Assembly (NCBI GenBank): GCA_030141605.1
Contig: JAQGDQ010000126.1
Span: 372,001-436,000, forward strand
Source: Tubiluchus corallicola
Taxonomy: Eukaryota; Animalia; Priapulida
Direction of reading: 5' to 3'
DNA length: 64,000 nt
Numbering within the stretch: position 1 is the stretch's first letter; each line of letters starts with the position of its first letter. The notes under the pieces are model-generated. The model had not been told where the DNA came from and ran no database searches. It saw nothing but the letters and a program-made list of their open reading frames with translations. Positions 42,300-56,200 of the stretch are shown in pieces. The position numbers and the translations under genes are program-made.

Positions 42300-42930
42300 C
42301 TTATCCAGGGATAAGCAGGAATAGCGAATTGGAGGTCTATTGTAAGTCAGGCTAGTTCTCCTAAGTTCCTTAACTCTTTTTATATACAGCATGTGTAAAC
42401 CTTTATTTTGTATTTTCGAATTTTTTTGGCCACTTGCCAATTTGTACATAAAATAATCTTGCACTGATATTTATGCTTTTGACTGTAGATATTAGGATAT
42501 CTAGAATGTACAAAAGTTCAATAGCCTATTCGGGGGTCAAATCTGGAAACATTACCTCACCATATTACTGGCTGTGCAAATGTACATCTATCCAGAAAGA
42601 CGCTGTTAATTTATTTACGAAACGAAATGTAATTTTGTAGAATATTTTGTAAAAAGTTTTTTAATGCCTTCAACAATTCTTAATTTGTCTTCATTATCCT
42701 TAAGCTCAAGCTTTTTATTTAAAACTTTCAGGCTACTTTATTTATGCATTGTTTTAATTACTGTATTTTTATTAATTTTATTTATCTTTTGTCTGTATGC
42801 TCGTGTGATTTTAGTTAATTTGTACTATCTTGTACAGTACGCTTATTTTTTGTGGACCACTTAGGATAGAACCGATTTACTGTTAAAGTGTCATCCACCT
42901 TAAATAAAGTTTTTATTGTTATTATTATTA
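42300..42930 (+). mobile_element. L2/CR1-like LINE 3' end with AATAAA and (TTA)n tail
   Basis: SIAYSGVK followed by a frameshifted W near 42520-42560, a T-rich 3' UTR, and aataaagtttttattgttattattatta. Confidence 0.5.
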
Positions 42931-42959
42931 TCTAGGATAAATGAAAATTATTAATTATG

Positions 42960-43190
42960 ACCATGATTCACCTTTGAACAAATTGTCACTTACGACAAGA
43001 TGCTTGCTCTCAAGAGAACACCAGGTTTCCCACTTACTGAAGGATATCTGGTCCCAACAATCAGCAATTTTTGCCTTAAGTTCCTCTGCATCAAACAGTT
43101 CCGTTCGGCCATCGTACTCTTTTTCTTTGGAAATCCAAATGCCGCAGGGCAGAGGATTAGGAAGTTTAGAATATTTTGCTTGAAAAATGT
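42960..43190 (-). mobile_element. Tc1/mariner transposase C-terminal remnant
   Basis: PNPLPCGIW...KEKEY...FDAEELKAKIADCWDQI; similar to the fragment at 7614. Confidence 0.65.
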
Positions 43191-43551
43191 CCACTAGTTT
43201 GGTCAACGTATGCATCGCAACATTTTTGATATATAAGCTTGCATAAGGGCTATGCAACGTGAAACTACACGCCTTATGTAACACTTTGAAACTGCACGTC
43301 TTATAACGTTTGAAACTTGCTTTTTAATAAGTTAAAGCATAAAATCGGGTATGGCGTGCCACAACAGCTACGTGAATGTGAACACTGTCGAAGTGAAACT
43401 GCTCTCTGTAGTAAATACTAGTTAGCATCAGTTCTATGCTGTCATTAGTTAACGTCATCATCATCATCATCATCATCACCATCATCATCTCCATAATCAA
43501 TGTCAGCTTCATCAATAGCAGCATCACCACCACTTATGTTGTTACCATATT

Positions 43552-43566
43552 TGTGTGTGTGTGTGC

Positions 43567-43642
<76 letters not shown>
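43552..43642. repeat. (TG)n microsatellite
   Basis: Read directly from sequence. Confidence 0.95.
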
Positions 43643-43644
<2 letters not shown>

Positions 43645-45029
43645 CAGCGTGTGTGTTGTACTGTTGGTTTGTAGTGTCATCGTATCACATATCACATGCT
43701 TTACACCTGCACACTAAAATGAAAAATTGCTAGTATTAGAGGAACCCATCAACCTGGTGTGTGTTTGACGTAAAAACATCATCACTGAGTTGCCATTCGC
43801 ACAAGCACACCTGCTAAGCTATATGAAGATTACATTATCAGAAGATTCTTTTTCTCCAGAGAAATCTTATGGAGTGTTTAATCTGCTTGCGCGTACGAGT
43901 GGGAAATCATTTTCCATTTCCAACAAAAGTATCATATGTCACTTAGTATTGGGCTTCTAAGAATTGTTGCAAGTTGATAATAATTGGCTTCATATATCAT
44001 TTCTGACCATTCTGATGACAGGTGGTAAGCATCATAAAATCTTATTTTTAATATGGTTGTGTGGAATGATTTGCTCGAATGAGGAGAGGTCATGGTTATT
44101 AAAGAATCACTCAAAGTGAATATTTATGCATATAGATTTATGTAAACTGAGTAAGTTATTATTTTAAATGAGTAATTTAAAAAAATTACACAAACTGAGT
44201 TATGGGGCACTCTATAACCAGTAGCTTTTGTAACAATATGTCCGAGTTAATAACAAATTACTCAAAATCAGGAATTTGTAGCCTTAATGCAAACATGCGA
44301 ACTGAGTCATGTGGTAAACTCGTTTCCTATAAGATTTTTGCAAGACAAAAAAATTTCGCAGAAAACTTTTTTGCAGAAAAAACTACTTCCCAGAAAAATG
44401 TCCCACAAAAGGTTTTTCACAGAATTGTCATTTTCCAGAGTTTTTTTCCATAACGGTCGTTTCATAGTAAATAAAATTCATAGAAAATGTAATAAATTCA
44501 TTTCAAAGCGCAATTTGATAACATGCAATGAAAAGTAGTTTACTTTAACTACGTGTAATGATTAAAAGGGATCATACGAATATACGAAATTACTTTGCGG
44601 AAAAGATTTTATCGTAAAAACAACTTCATATTGTAGTAACGAAGTTTCAAAACAGAATAATATTCCGAAACAAAATTTAAAAACAAGGTCAGCCCATTGA
44701 ACACTGCATCATTTTAAATGATTCTGATTTTTAAGTCATTAACAAAAACGCTGTAAATAATTAAGGACGGCAGAACGAGAGAGAGTGAACGAGGGAGAAA
44801 GAGAACTACAAGGGCGAGAAAGAGGGGGAGAAAAGGAGAAAGGGATAAGGAGCGAGAATGAGAGTTTGGAAAGAGCTAGAGGGGAAAGGGGGAGAATGAG
44901 AGAAAAAGAGGGGATGCAGGGAGATAGAGTACAAGAAGGATGCGAGGGAGGGCAAACTCGTTGGCAAAAAAGTAACATCAGAACGTAGACTGGTAACGTC
45001 AGAACGATTAAATAGCGAATCACGCTGAT

Positions 45030-45138
45030 CTTTGCATATACTCAAAAGTATGTTTGGTTCCCAAAGTTAAGCAACACCAAGCCTAGCAACTGATTTGTGG
45101 GAGACGCTTAAGAATCCCACTCTTGAGCAGTTACTTTT
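45030..45138 (+). pseudogene. Degenerate 5S rRNA-derived sequence (pseudogene or SINE3 head)
   Basis: aagttaagca...gcctag...tgggagacgc...gaatccc...cttt follows the order of the 5S box A/IE/box C and 3' end; heavily diverged. Confidence 0.4.
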
Positions 45139-46013
45139 ACTATTCAGAATTATTTCGCTCGCTTCTCATTGCGTAGAGAAGATGCACATGCATCCGAATG
45201 TGACTGTGACATCTCTGCCAGTTCAACACATTTATTCTTTCTAGGAAATGTTTTTTTCTGTGAATCGAGTTTTCAAGTAAAAAATTCTGTGAAAAAATTT
45301 TGTTAAACACTTTTTCTGTGGAAACGGACCTAAAATCATAAGTCATGAGTCACTCACATTAACTAGCTTTCGGCCAAATGTACAATGTATACAAAATACT
45401 GCACAAAACAGAAGCTACCTTGAGCACAGGCACACTGAAAAATCAATCAGTAAAAATTTGACTAAGAAATTTTGACAGTAAATTTTCAAAAAAAAGCTGC
45501 ACTACTAAAGTGTAGCTGATAGCATTTTATTATCTGTGTAGAAGACACTTATAGCCTTATCAAGTCCTATATCTACTACTATGAAGCAGTAACTGCTTCA
45601 TAAATGTAACCACAAAACAGTGCCAGAAAATGGGCTAAGTGCCATTTTCAGTCTAAACAAAAAATTCGGTTTAGTTATGTCAGGCTAAAACATCCCATCA
45701 CTGTAATACTGAGCTGATTTAAGGAAGTCCTGACTAAATGATGATTTTTCACTTGCAAAGTGTCAAGCAAATGTACATATACCACTCTTATTTAGTCTAG
45801 TTACAGAAAGTCACCCGTTGATGTAAAAATAAGTGTCACTCTTGCTAATTAATTATTATGAGTTATTTTTATTTTTATTATTATTATATTACTATTGTTG
45901 TTGTTGTTGTTGTTATTATTATTGTAAATTTTGTTACTTTCTGCAAATGTTATCACACAAATTCAGGTTAAGAAGGTAAACAAAGGATTTCCAGATGTCA
46001 ATTAATTTGAAAC

Positions 46014-46019
46014 TTTATT
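46014..46019 (-). promoter_or_regulatory. Candidate ARMC6 polyadenylation signal (AATAAA on - strand)
   Basis: tttatt on + about 370 nt downstream of the ARMC6 stop codon. Confidence 0.35.
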
Positions 46020-46386
46020 TTTGTTTAAGAAGTTGCAAAAAGTAAAATCCTAGTGAAGTTACACAAATATAAAATTTAGTAAAACATACACAAAAATAAA
46101 AACATAACAAATTCTGGCAAAGCAATTTGCAGTACAGCGCAGCGGCTCATGAGGTGCATAAATGAGAATTGATAAACACAAAGACAGTTAACTGAGCGTC
46201 AAACCAAGCAAGCAGAAAAAAATACTCAAATATGAACAATTAAACATATTGTAATATCACAGGCAGTTATATCAGATTGCTCAAAAAATCCTAACACATA
46301 GACTTGAGACTTTAAAATTAAACACATAGACTTGAGACTTGAAATTTATGCACATACATAAGGCCAAAAAATTACACACAGATTTG

Positions 46387-46599
46387 CTACTTTTTCAGTT
46401 TTTGTCCCTTGCCGTATTTTAATTCAGGTAGGTCTATATTACAGCCGAGATCACGCAATGCTGCCCAAGTCACATCTTTGATCTCAGGATGCTCCTTTGC
46501 TGCTGCATGGATCAAAGATTCCATGTCAAGTTCCAATATCTGTGCACAATATTGCCGACAGCGTGCTACTAAATTTCGCACAGCTAGACAAGCAAACTT
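46387..46599 (-). CDS. ARMC6: ARMC6 terminal coding exon 6
   Basis: Acceptor ttttcttgcAG; KFACLAVRNLVAR...AALRDLGCNIDLPELKYGKG; stop TAG. The six exons sum to 1419 nt, i.e. 472 aa plus stop, all in frame. Confidence 0.92.
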   Translation of the reverse strand, partial: KFACLAVRNLVARCRQYCAQILELDMESLIHAAAKEHPEIKDVTWAALRDLGCNIDLPELKYGKGQKLKK

Positions 46600-47467
46600 C
46601 TGCAAGAAAAACCATTAGCAAATCATTGACAATAATATTATTATCTTAGGCACCATTTAGCACAGCTCATGTTATCAGCAATTACTGTAGACCAGACTCC
46701 TCTGTGATGTGACTTTGGTTCTCTATACATTTTCAACAAGTAAATTAATTGCATACTACCATGCTTTGTGGTTTGTCAAGATAGATGTCATGTAGTTTCA
46801 TCATACCTGCTTAGCAAATTTTTACAAAATTTCCGTCAATCACCACACTCTTGCATTTCATTTATCAAATATAAATTTTTAATGAAGTAACCGAAATTAC
46901 ATGCTACAACTGCAGTGCAAAAAATAGACAGATTCAGACATGTGGCTCCACCCTTTGGATGAAGGACAGCTATTCTTAACTGAAAAATCATAGGTATACT
47001 AAATAAAATTACATAATGCCTTTCATGGAACGTGAATGAATACTTACCTATCCAGGTAAGTTGTTTGATGGTCAGTATGGCTTTGCAGAATTAACTTTGT
47101 TAAATCACTGACATCACTGAAGACCCATTTTCATAAATGGATTTGTATTAGAAGGGGATATTTTGTCAACGGGTAAGAAACCACCTCGTAGTTAAATTCT
47201 AGAAACTTTGTGTTCAAATAGATACCTACCTGAACCTGTGCAAGCAGCAAAATATATGAAATTTCATGTTTAAGTAGAATCACTAATATTTTGAATGTAT
47301 TAACTATAACTTGTGGTACAGTCACATAGCAGATAGTCCATTAATAATGACGTAATGTGATGTTGGTGGTGCAAGCAAAAATAATACAACAAACAGGTTT
47401 AAGTAAGTGTTAGGAAAATGAAAAATATCTTCACAACAAGAAATATATATATCGTAAGACATCCCAC

Positions 47468-47677
47468 CTGAATGTGCATACATTTTGGATGAGTTTTCAT
47501 GCACTGCTGGATGATAGAAGCTCCACCATTATCCATGATTATTTTGCAGTTGTCTACATTTCTTAATGATAATGCAGAGAGAACTGAACAAGCCATCTCA
47601 CAGAATGAAGCATTTCCCATGTGATGTTCAGTGGCATGCAAAACGAGTGCTACTAACCCTTCATCAACAATATCTGC
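47468..47677 (-). CDS. ARMC6: ARMC6 coding exon 5
   Basis: Acceptor ttttttcAG; ADIVDEG...LSALSLRNVDNC...MKTHPKCMHIQ; donor CAG|GTGGGA; 210 nt. Confidence 0.9.
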
Positions 47678-48344
47678 CTGAAAAAATAGTTTGTTTGAAA
47701 ACAGTAAAGTTTGCACAACTTGGAATGTTTGCAAGGGACATTTAAGGTCTCTAGCTTCTTCAGTTTAGGACAGTTACTAGCTTCAGGTTAGTAGTACCAG
47801 ATTAGAACTATGAAACCATTTCCCTGAGTGAACTGGTTTGCACTTCAGACCCTTTGCTCACAAGACATCAGCGGCTACCAGAAATGAAACTAGGACAGCG
47901 CATGAATCGAGTGTTAAGGATCTCTGCTACTTCGCCATCTCATCTTAGAGAATTTGATTTCAGCTAAAATCCAGCACAGCCAGTCTGATAGAACACTTCC
48001 ATTAAGTAAAACTTGCCATTGAGTCCTAGATACAGCATGCAGAGCCGAAATGTGTTAAAAAAATCGGAGGCTTTGCTATCTGGCTCACGTTTGTCTGTGC
48101 TCTGATGATAAACAGTAAAGTCAGTAAACAACTCTCTCATAATTTCATGTAGAGCTTCATTTTAAGAAGTTCCACTTTTCTTTGGCTAGTACATATTTGT
48201 TAACTGTTGTACAGTCATACTATATAAAGTAAGCCAACATCTGAATAATTCTACAACAAATATAACAAACAAATATTTTACACACAAATATTTCTCTCAA
48301 CAACTATGACAAAGGCAAGTGGATCTGGATCAAAAAGTCTAGTG

Positions 48345-48755
48345 CAGAGGTCTCCAAAGTAGTCGATATCAACCCCCGCGAGTCAGTGGGATTATCAAAG
48401 GGGTTGAAAAATGCCTGGGGGAAAAAGGAGTCGATAAACACCTGCGGGGCAAAAAGGGGTCGATAAATACCGGGGCAATTTGTAGTTTTGGAGTCGAACG
48501 CTGACATTCATATAAGAAATAAAAATACATGAAATATAATTTGCTGATGCATGTTTCTAATTAATACGTAAATGTTGTCTATTAGTGAATAGACGGGAGG
48601 GGATACAGAACAACTGTTTCACAGGGTTTGGTATGCAGTTCCCACCACTACTGCAAACTGCACATCTACTTATTTATTATTAATATTCATTTTTTGTACA
48701 TGTCTGGAGTCACTGAAAAATCAAGGATTCCATGAAGGGAAGTTTGGGACCCCTG
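48345..48755. mobile_element. hAT (Charlie-type) MITE in ARMC6 intron, 8-bp TSD GTCTAGTG
   Basis: TIRs cagaggtctccaaa / tttgggacccctg; identical 8-mer at 48337-48344 and 48756-48763. Confidence 0.88.
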
Positions 48756-50243
48756 GTCTAGTGCAAAATTAAGCACCAAAAGATCATTTGAAAATCAAAA
48801 TTACACTTAAGGTTATAATTAGTTATGGCAGGTTGGTACTTTTCATTAATTCCTTCGTGTAAAAGCATTAATGAAGTTGTAATCCCAGTTTTACCCAACG
48901 TAATTGTTCAATAAATTGTTAAATTTTATAAAACAGTGTGTACATTTGTTTCCAATCAATTGTGATTCCCTTCAGTCTCACACTTCATGGCAATCACAAA
49001 CGCCCAACCCTTTTTAATTTTCCCTGTAAGCACCCCACTGTAATCATAATCACAATGTTGCCCTTACAATAAAATTGGAATTTTAAATACATTTTTACAC
49101 AGACCCCGCCTCAGATGTACAGGTTAAGTGAAATATCATGAGAAAGCTTTTTGATTTTGAATTTTGGTATAATAACTCTAATTTATTATTATATATTTAT
49201 TTTAGTTTACATTTATTTCAGTACATAATAAGCACCATAGAACAATAAACAAAGCTTAGTTAAAAATCATTATTTAAAATACTACTACAAGATAAATAAA
49301 ATGGATATTTACACAAAGAACAAAGAATTTAAATACGTAAAAGTATAGCTAAATACGTAAGTGTTAGTAAATGTATATTCCCAATTGGCAAAAATTTCGA
49401 AGTTAAAATGACATCATTGTTAAGTTGTGTATGACTTCACTGCTTGAATTTAAAACTCGTTAATGAAAGCTAACAGAATTTTTATGTACTTTAAAATGAT
49501 TACAGCCATGTTCGGCACATATTTTAGATGCTGTGGTGCCAATGTGGCAGGCAAAAAAATTCGCAATGCAAAATAGGAGGCCGCTTTTAATTTCTAATAG
49601 TACCAAGATTAAAAGTGATCCAGAGATTAGAACAGTGTTATGACCCACCTGCCGATTCTAATTTATGTGTCAGGTTGGCTTCTCACCTGTATTCTGTAAC
49701 TTGATTTGACCTAGTTAGTTAGTTATTATAGAGAAGGAAGTAAATTCGGCTGCTCGGGATGACAGCCCTGGTGTTTTGTTTCGTTATTTTTTGTTCACTG
49801 GCAATAAAAAGGGGGTAAAGTCGCATCTCTGTTTGTTCATCATGTTTTTGTAAACAACTTCAACTCATAACAACAGTAAAAAGATGAACAATAAGATTTA
49901 AACAGACCACGTTTGACATCAACAAACTAAAATTTCTGCAAAGAGTATTAGATCTAATATAAAATAGGCGCAATTGCTTTAAACTATCAGCATCATCTTT
50001 ACAATTATCGTTAATTATGTGACTAAGGTATTTTAGTTGTTATTCATTTGATTCTAATATGTGCATGTTAACAGTAGCTACATAGGAGCTGCCTATCAAA
50101 CATGAAGGGAATAACAGCTCTATAATTTAACTATTCACATTCAAATGCATAAAGTGCTTGAATTTACGTGAATGAAATACATTCATCAATAACACACAGC
50201 GAAACATACAAGGAATACTTCTGAAAAAGTTAAAGTGCCATAC

Positions 50244-50303
50244 CTTGATACTGTCATTGCGTGCTTCTACCTTTAACAATCCCATGGCTCGTTTTAAAAG
50301 AAC
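50244..50303 (-). CDS. ARMC6: ARMC6 coding exon 4 (60 nt; VLLKRAMGLLKVEARNDSIK)
   Basis: Acceptor cttttctttaaAG and donor AAG|GTATGG, phase 0/0. Fills the position of the conserved 'LxAxAGNDDVK' segment. Confidence 0.8.
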
Positions 50304-51879
50304 CTTTAAAGAAAAGTTATAATTAATTTATTTTAGCTGATATTTAGCTGGTGCATCAGTAAATGGAAACAAGCTTAGAAATTTGAATATTTTCTTATAT
50401 GCGACCCAGAACTACGACCTGATTCACGAAAATATTAGATACAACATTCACTTGCAAATGACAAAAAACTTAAAAGGAGAACAGGACCCAATTTTAATCT
50501 ACAGCTCAAAATAATCTGACATACAAAATGTTGAAATTGTTTTTTGACAATAACTTTATGTGAAAGAATTATTACAGCAGACACCTAATTTCGCATTTGC
50601 GCTGTTTGTTTCTCACTGTTACATGCGTCCTGCCATTCAAACTAGACAGGGCCTGCATCTCAGAAATGCACTGCACAAAAAATAGGAGTTGTACTTGACA
50701 TTAAGAAAACAATTCAGTTATGATCTAGTACACATGTTCAAGAACTCAAATTAACATAGTGGCACATTTGAAATTTAAATGTTTAAACATAAGTTTACCA
50801 AGTTTTTGGGCATCAAAATCAATGTTGTACAGTAGCCCTGTATTTCAACTTTCAGTTTCGCAAACACGTGCAACATGCTCGTGGAATATTTGTGCTGTTA
50901 TAAATTATGTTCAGTTCTGAAGTCATCACTTGCCGTGTTTGCCAACCATTAATTAAGTTTCTAAGCTATTGTTTGCTTATCAGAAGCACTTTAACATTAT
51001 AATAGGTTTTAAAATGTGCACTTTTTACTGTACTTCAAAACAATCATCCTTGTTTTCCTTTAAATTATACTGGAACATTTACTTTGTGTGGTTGTTTCTA
51101 GGTTCTATTGTTTCAAACATAACTTTGATTAGCATATTAATTATCATCATTGTTTTGGAACAACAAGTTCATTTTTGAAACATACAAAGATGAAAAATTA
51201 GCGACCTCACTTTTCAACCTTCTGCGTAAAACCAATGAGCATTAATTATGTTTGAAGCCTAAAGCTCAGCATATCAGCCTGTCAAAACCTGCACAATCAC
51301 ATCTCAGTGATATAAGTCATAATCAATCAACTTACTTAAAAATTTAGGAAGATCACATTTTGCGAATGACATTTGCGTTAATTAATAAATGAACTTAATA
51401 TACGTGCATCAAAACTTTTTTTCTTAAAAATGAGACTAATGTGAGATGCGCGTTATTAGTTTTGATAGCTGCTGATTTAGCTGTCGTCATCTGCACTGTT
51501 ATGATGGATGAAGGATCATCAGGTTGCATTTGTCTGCATTGTCATAGTGGAAGGATCATCGTGTCATGCACAATATTATCATGCACATTCATTTTCTTAT
51601 TCCTTGAGGATTTTACGAAGCAAGCCATTCATAGTGATTTTGAACTTTTAATATTGAATTATTCTTTTGCTTGGTTTTCTTTACAATACAGCTCTGAAAT
51701 TTAAATGAATCTTGCTTCTGTTTCAAACTAAATAGCCTTAAAAACTGCAGATGAATCTGCTAAATAGTGTATCATTCTGATCAAAGCATAAAAATTAAGG
51801 ATGAAATAGGCCTGAAAGGTTACAAATAATATTTCATTAATATTATTAAATTCACAACATGTTTGATTTCTATGAATAC

Positions 51880-52028
51880 CATGTTGTTGGTAGAGCTATC
51901 TGCTAATATTCGTTTGCATAGTTTAATCCCTCCATTGTCACTGATTTGTTTACAGTACTCATCTCTGACTGCCAAAGTGGAAACGGTCAACAGAACATCA
52001 GCAACAGTTCTTTCATCAATATTGTTAC
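51880..52028 (-). CDS. ARMC6: ARMC6 coding exon 3
   Basis: Acceptor TTTTAG, phase 1. Peptide includes LLTVSTLAVRDEYCKQISDNGG. Donor ATG|GTATTC. Confidence 0.9.
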
Positions 52029-52607
52029 CTAAAATGTTCAAACTAAATGTAAACATGAAATTTACTCAGGAACAAATTATCCAAGCAATCTACCTGTAAA
52101 TGCTAACTAGGGTTTTCAAAATGTGTAATGCCTCATGAACTGCGACTCCTGGATACCAGGCACTGACTTACCGTGTTACTATTCCCATTTTGTTGCAGGT
52201 ATTTCACAACTGGCATCTCATTTTCAGCGTGGAAAAGTAAACTGTAAGAGACACTCTATTTCCTTACTCAGCAACATTTAAACACCTTTCAGTAAAAAAA
52301 TGGGAATCAAACTGGGAACAACTAATTTTAAGTGATTGAAATAAACTCATTTAGGCTTATAAAAAAATCGTTGCAACTTCCATTTGAAGTATAAGACAAC
52401 AGTACAGTCCTATTTTATTTTAACAGTATGTGCAATCGTGCATAGCCCTTCATGAATAAACTTAAATTTAAATGCTTTTTGCTCATGGTGCATGCTCAAA
52501 AAACAAACAGCTGGTAGGTTGACCAAACAGTCTTATTTTGTAAGAATTTAATAACTTGTGCACACTTGTTACACTATCTTCCACATTATCTATTTGGCAA
52601 TACATAC

Positions 52608-53277
52608 CAGTAGCTAATGACAGCAGAACTTCTAATGCCTTTCCATCTTCTACAATCTGTCTTGCATGCTCGTGAAATTTTCCAAACTCAACACGTATAT
52701 CATCATCTTTGACAAGAGCTCTTAATACTGCAGACACTTTATGCACAATGGCAGAATTTTCCTTATTCTCCTTCAGTATATTAATCAGTAATGTCACCAA
52801 GCCAATATTTACCAAGCACTGCCTGTTATTTTCGTGTTTTATACAGCAGTGCAGAATTACATCAAGTGTTGCAATTCTAATATCTGTCAAAGTTGACTTT
52901 AAGTTCTCACATAGAAACTCCATGCCATCAGGCTTAATGAGATCAGGTTGGCCATTAAATAAAGCTGCAAGAGTTTCTAATGACTGTTGAAGTAACTTCA
53001 CATTACTACCAGTACTTAGCTTGTGACAGCACTTCATTAGTACTGGATAAACATCATTTGAACCAGCACGGCATCGATGAGCAAGGTCGATATCACACTC
53101 TGTTTTTATGACATTCAGCCACTGCTTTACCAGTTCAGTATCTTCACTGTCTTCAAGATCTCCGGTGTCTGACGACGACTGAGAGCACCAGGTTCTAAGG
53201 GAATTTATTGCTTTCAATAATGAATCATCAGCAGTGTTGCTGTCATTTGTGGTAATGATATTCTTCAAATCAACACC
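52608..53277 (-). CDS. ARMC6: ARMC6 coding exon 2
   Basis: Acceptor TTTTAG|GGT gives GVDLKNII. Motifs GQPDL, CCIKHENNRQ and DDDIRVEFGKFHEHARQI. Donor G|GTATGT, phase 1. Confidence 0.93.
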
Positions 53278-53368
53278 CTAAAAGTAGTGCAAATAGGTTC
53301 TGACATACAGCTCAAAATATTGCACAAACTACATTCAGAAAAAATGACAAATGACTAATTTGGTTTAC

Positions 53369-53485
53369 CTGCGCCACAAACTGTTGTCGTGCATCTTCTA
53401 CTGCTGCCTGTTTTTCCATATGAAACTCTTCTATATTCTCTTTAACAACTGCATCAAACGTGTCTTGTGTAATGCTTTTTGCCAT
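53369..53485 (-). CDS. ARMC6: Armadillo repeat-containing protein 6, coding exon 1 (MAKSITQDTFDAVVKENIEEFHMEKQAAVEDARQQFVAQ)
   Basis: ATG at 53485; 117 nt; donor CAG|GTAAAC, phase 0. Carries the characteristic ARMC6 N-terminal ITQxTFDxVVxENIEEF motif. Not in the ORF track (<60 aa). Confidence 0.9.
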
Positions 53486-53599
53486 CACTAAAACCTAAGA
53501 TGCAGTAGTATGCACATGAAAAATCATTACTTGCATTACAGCTAAACAACACAAAATTAAATGATAAGCATTTGGTGCCATTGACTTTGCATGTCTTGC

Positions 53600-54055
53600 C
53601 GATGAAAGAGAAACAAAAATGTTACTTTTATTTGCTCTAGTCAGAGGAACTTTTCTGGCATCACCCATGGATTTCAGTTTTCTATAAGTACATATAATGA
53701 CATATGGCCAAGAGTGACTGTCTAGTTGGAAGCAGAGAATTGTCAGTAAATGGTAAAGTGTCAGAGTGGGCAGACCTTGTGAGTGGTAGCCCACCTGGTC
53801 CTTTGCTAAAACCTCTACAGTTACTTGTCTTTATTAATGACATTGATAAAAATGTGATCATAATGTCTTAAAGTTTGTAGATGACGTAAAACTTGTCAAG
53901 GATGTGGAATCACTTACAGGGACGCATCAATTCAACCAGACGAGTTACATTAGATATTTAACTAGAGTAGAGATTCGCAAACGTTGCTCAATAAAGAGAA
54001 ATGTAACTGCATATACATTGGCTAGTGTATTTGACAATAAAAAGTATGACTATGT
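53600..54055 (+). mobile_element. CR1-like RT fragment
   Basis: NGKVSEWADLVSG, INDIDKNV, KFVDDVKL and KCNCIYIG, with frameshifts. Confidence 0.65.
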
Positions 54056-54087
54056 CTGCCCAATCCAAACCCCGATCCCGACCACTT

Positions 54088-56200
54088 CAGATCAGATTAG
54101 ATTTATTCAATCTAAATATACAATTGTACATATACAATAAAAACTCACAAATATGATTAGCTAATGTTTCAGGAAGGAAGAAAGCCACCAGGCTTGAATG
54201 CAATATGGTGGTCCACATTAATTAGTTATTTCTGTTAAATTTACAAAAAGGATAAAAGCAAATGTAAGTAGTTTAAATGAAAAAGAATGTAAGTTGTTAG
54301 CATTAATAATCTCCGACGGTAAACTGTTCCAGATATCGATCACCCTGTTTGCAAAAGAGTATTTAAAGACATCAATACAACAATAATTCTTGTACAACTT
54401 GTAACTTGGCCCCTTAATCCAAGACTAGGCGCGTAAGCAAAAACATCGTTAAAATTTAATTCTATAAGTGCATGGCAAATTTTGTACACCATTTTCATAT
54501 CAAAAATAAAGCGTCTGGTTCCAAGAGCCTGTTTCAAAAGGTCCAGTCTACTAAAATAGATAACATAAGATAACCCACATTTCGCATATAACCTTTTGTA
54601 ACACATCTTTGTACTCGCTCGATTTTATCAATCACAGTAACATTATGAGAATTCCATACAGGGGTGCAATACTCCAACAAAGGTCAAACGAATGACTTAT
54701 TCGATGTTACAAGAGCGTCAATGTTTTTCGTAACAAAGCAATGCAAAATCATATTTGCTACTTCAAAGGCTTTGGTGACCTGCTCAATACAGTAAATTGA
54801 AATTTTAGGTCTGAACACACTGTAACACCTAAATCTCTACAATTAGTATTCACTGGAAAAGGTGTGTAGTTTAAGACATACTGAAAATGAGGATTACAGT
54901 GTCCTATGTGAATAAGTACACACTTATGAGCTGCAATAGTAAGCTGCCATTTGTTGGCCTATTCTGCAAAAGTTTTGACTAAGACTCTGATTGCCATCAG
55001 ATGTTACAAAAAGTTTAACATCATCAGCATATAACTTAACAAAGACCGAGTTCAAATTATCAGGCAAATCATTTATATACAGTGAAGATAATATTGGTCC
55101 TAATATGGAACCCTTGGCTGTGCCCGAAAGAACTCTTTTGTATTTAGAGAACTTGGAACCTACACGTACACACTGGTTATGATTAGATAAAAATGCAGAA
55201 ATCCATTCTAAGGGATCATCAGAAATGACGCATGCAACTAATTTACATAATAGCTTGTACAACAGAATCAAAAGCTTTGGCAAAGTCCACATATATGACA
55301 CCAACGTTTTTCCCTCCGTATAAGAAGTTACTCCATTCGATCGTGCATTCTATCAAATGAGTACAAATGGATTTAGCCTTTAAAAAACCGTGCTGTGCTT
55401 TTGTGATAAGTTTATTAGTTAACAAGTAATGCAACAATTCATTTTTAATGCACGTTTCATTGCTTTGCAGGCAACACAAATTAATGAAATTGGTCGATAA
55501 TTACGGGGGTCTGACGTGTCACATTTTTTTTAAAAACAGGGACGATATCTGCATTTAACCAAACCATAGACAGAGTAGGGAACAAAAAAATATTTCAAAA
55601 ATCGCACTCAGAGGAGCCGCTAAGTAATGGGCAAGTTTAGAAAACAAAATGCTTGGTAAGCCATCTGGGGCGTGATTGCATTTGGTTTTCAAATTTTTTA
55701 AAACGTGGTACACATTTTGTATAGAAAAGTGTACATTAACTTTAAAATATCACGTGGTACTTTACTATTCATAATTTGCGCTACATTGGTATCCTTGGTA
55801 AAATTGTCACCTACAAAGATATTAGATAAAATATCACCTTTAGCATAGTCTTCAACCACAGTGGCATCATTAAATTTAAGAAGTGCAATACCACTCCTAA
55901 AAGAGTGCTTCGAGTTAACATATTGGAAGACTGCATCCGAGTTACAAGAATTTAATATTTTATTCTCTTTGATGCATTTGGAGCGAAAACTAACTCTGGA
56001 CAGAGATGAGGCACATTTTTTATATTCAATTAAGCCAAAGGACATATGTCTGCGACGCCCGAGAAGCTTTTTTCTTTGTTGTAATAATTTTACATAGTTT
56101 GGATGCAACTTTTTCTTTGACTTAAATTTCCGAAAAAGAACAAACTTTTTTATACTCTCACCCACTACGCTATAAAAACAGTTCCACAGATCATTCACAG
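54088..56200 (-). mobile_element. 5'-truncated degenerate CR1-like LINE with 3' tail
   Basis: DPRNYRPISL, AQHGFLKAKS, IYVDFAKAFDSV, GSILGPIL..LYINDLP, LYADDVKL, LEYCTPVW and NRVIDIWNSLP. The 3' end reads gaataaatctaatctgatctga. Confidence 0.88.

Noticed and set aside
52483-52607. C-terminal extensions of ARMC6/OAT track ORFs past the donor sites
   Set aside because: Intron read-through; family similarity stops at the canonical GT donors.
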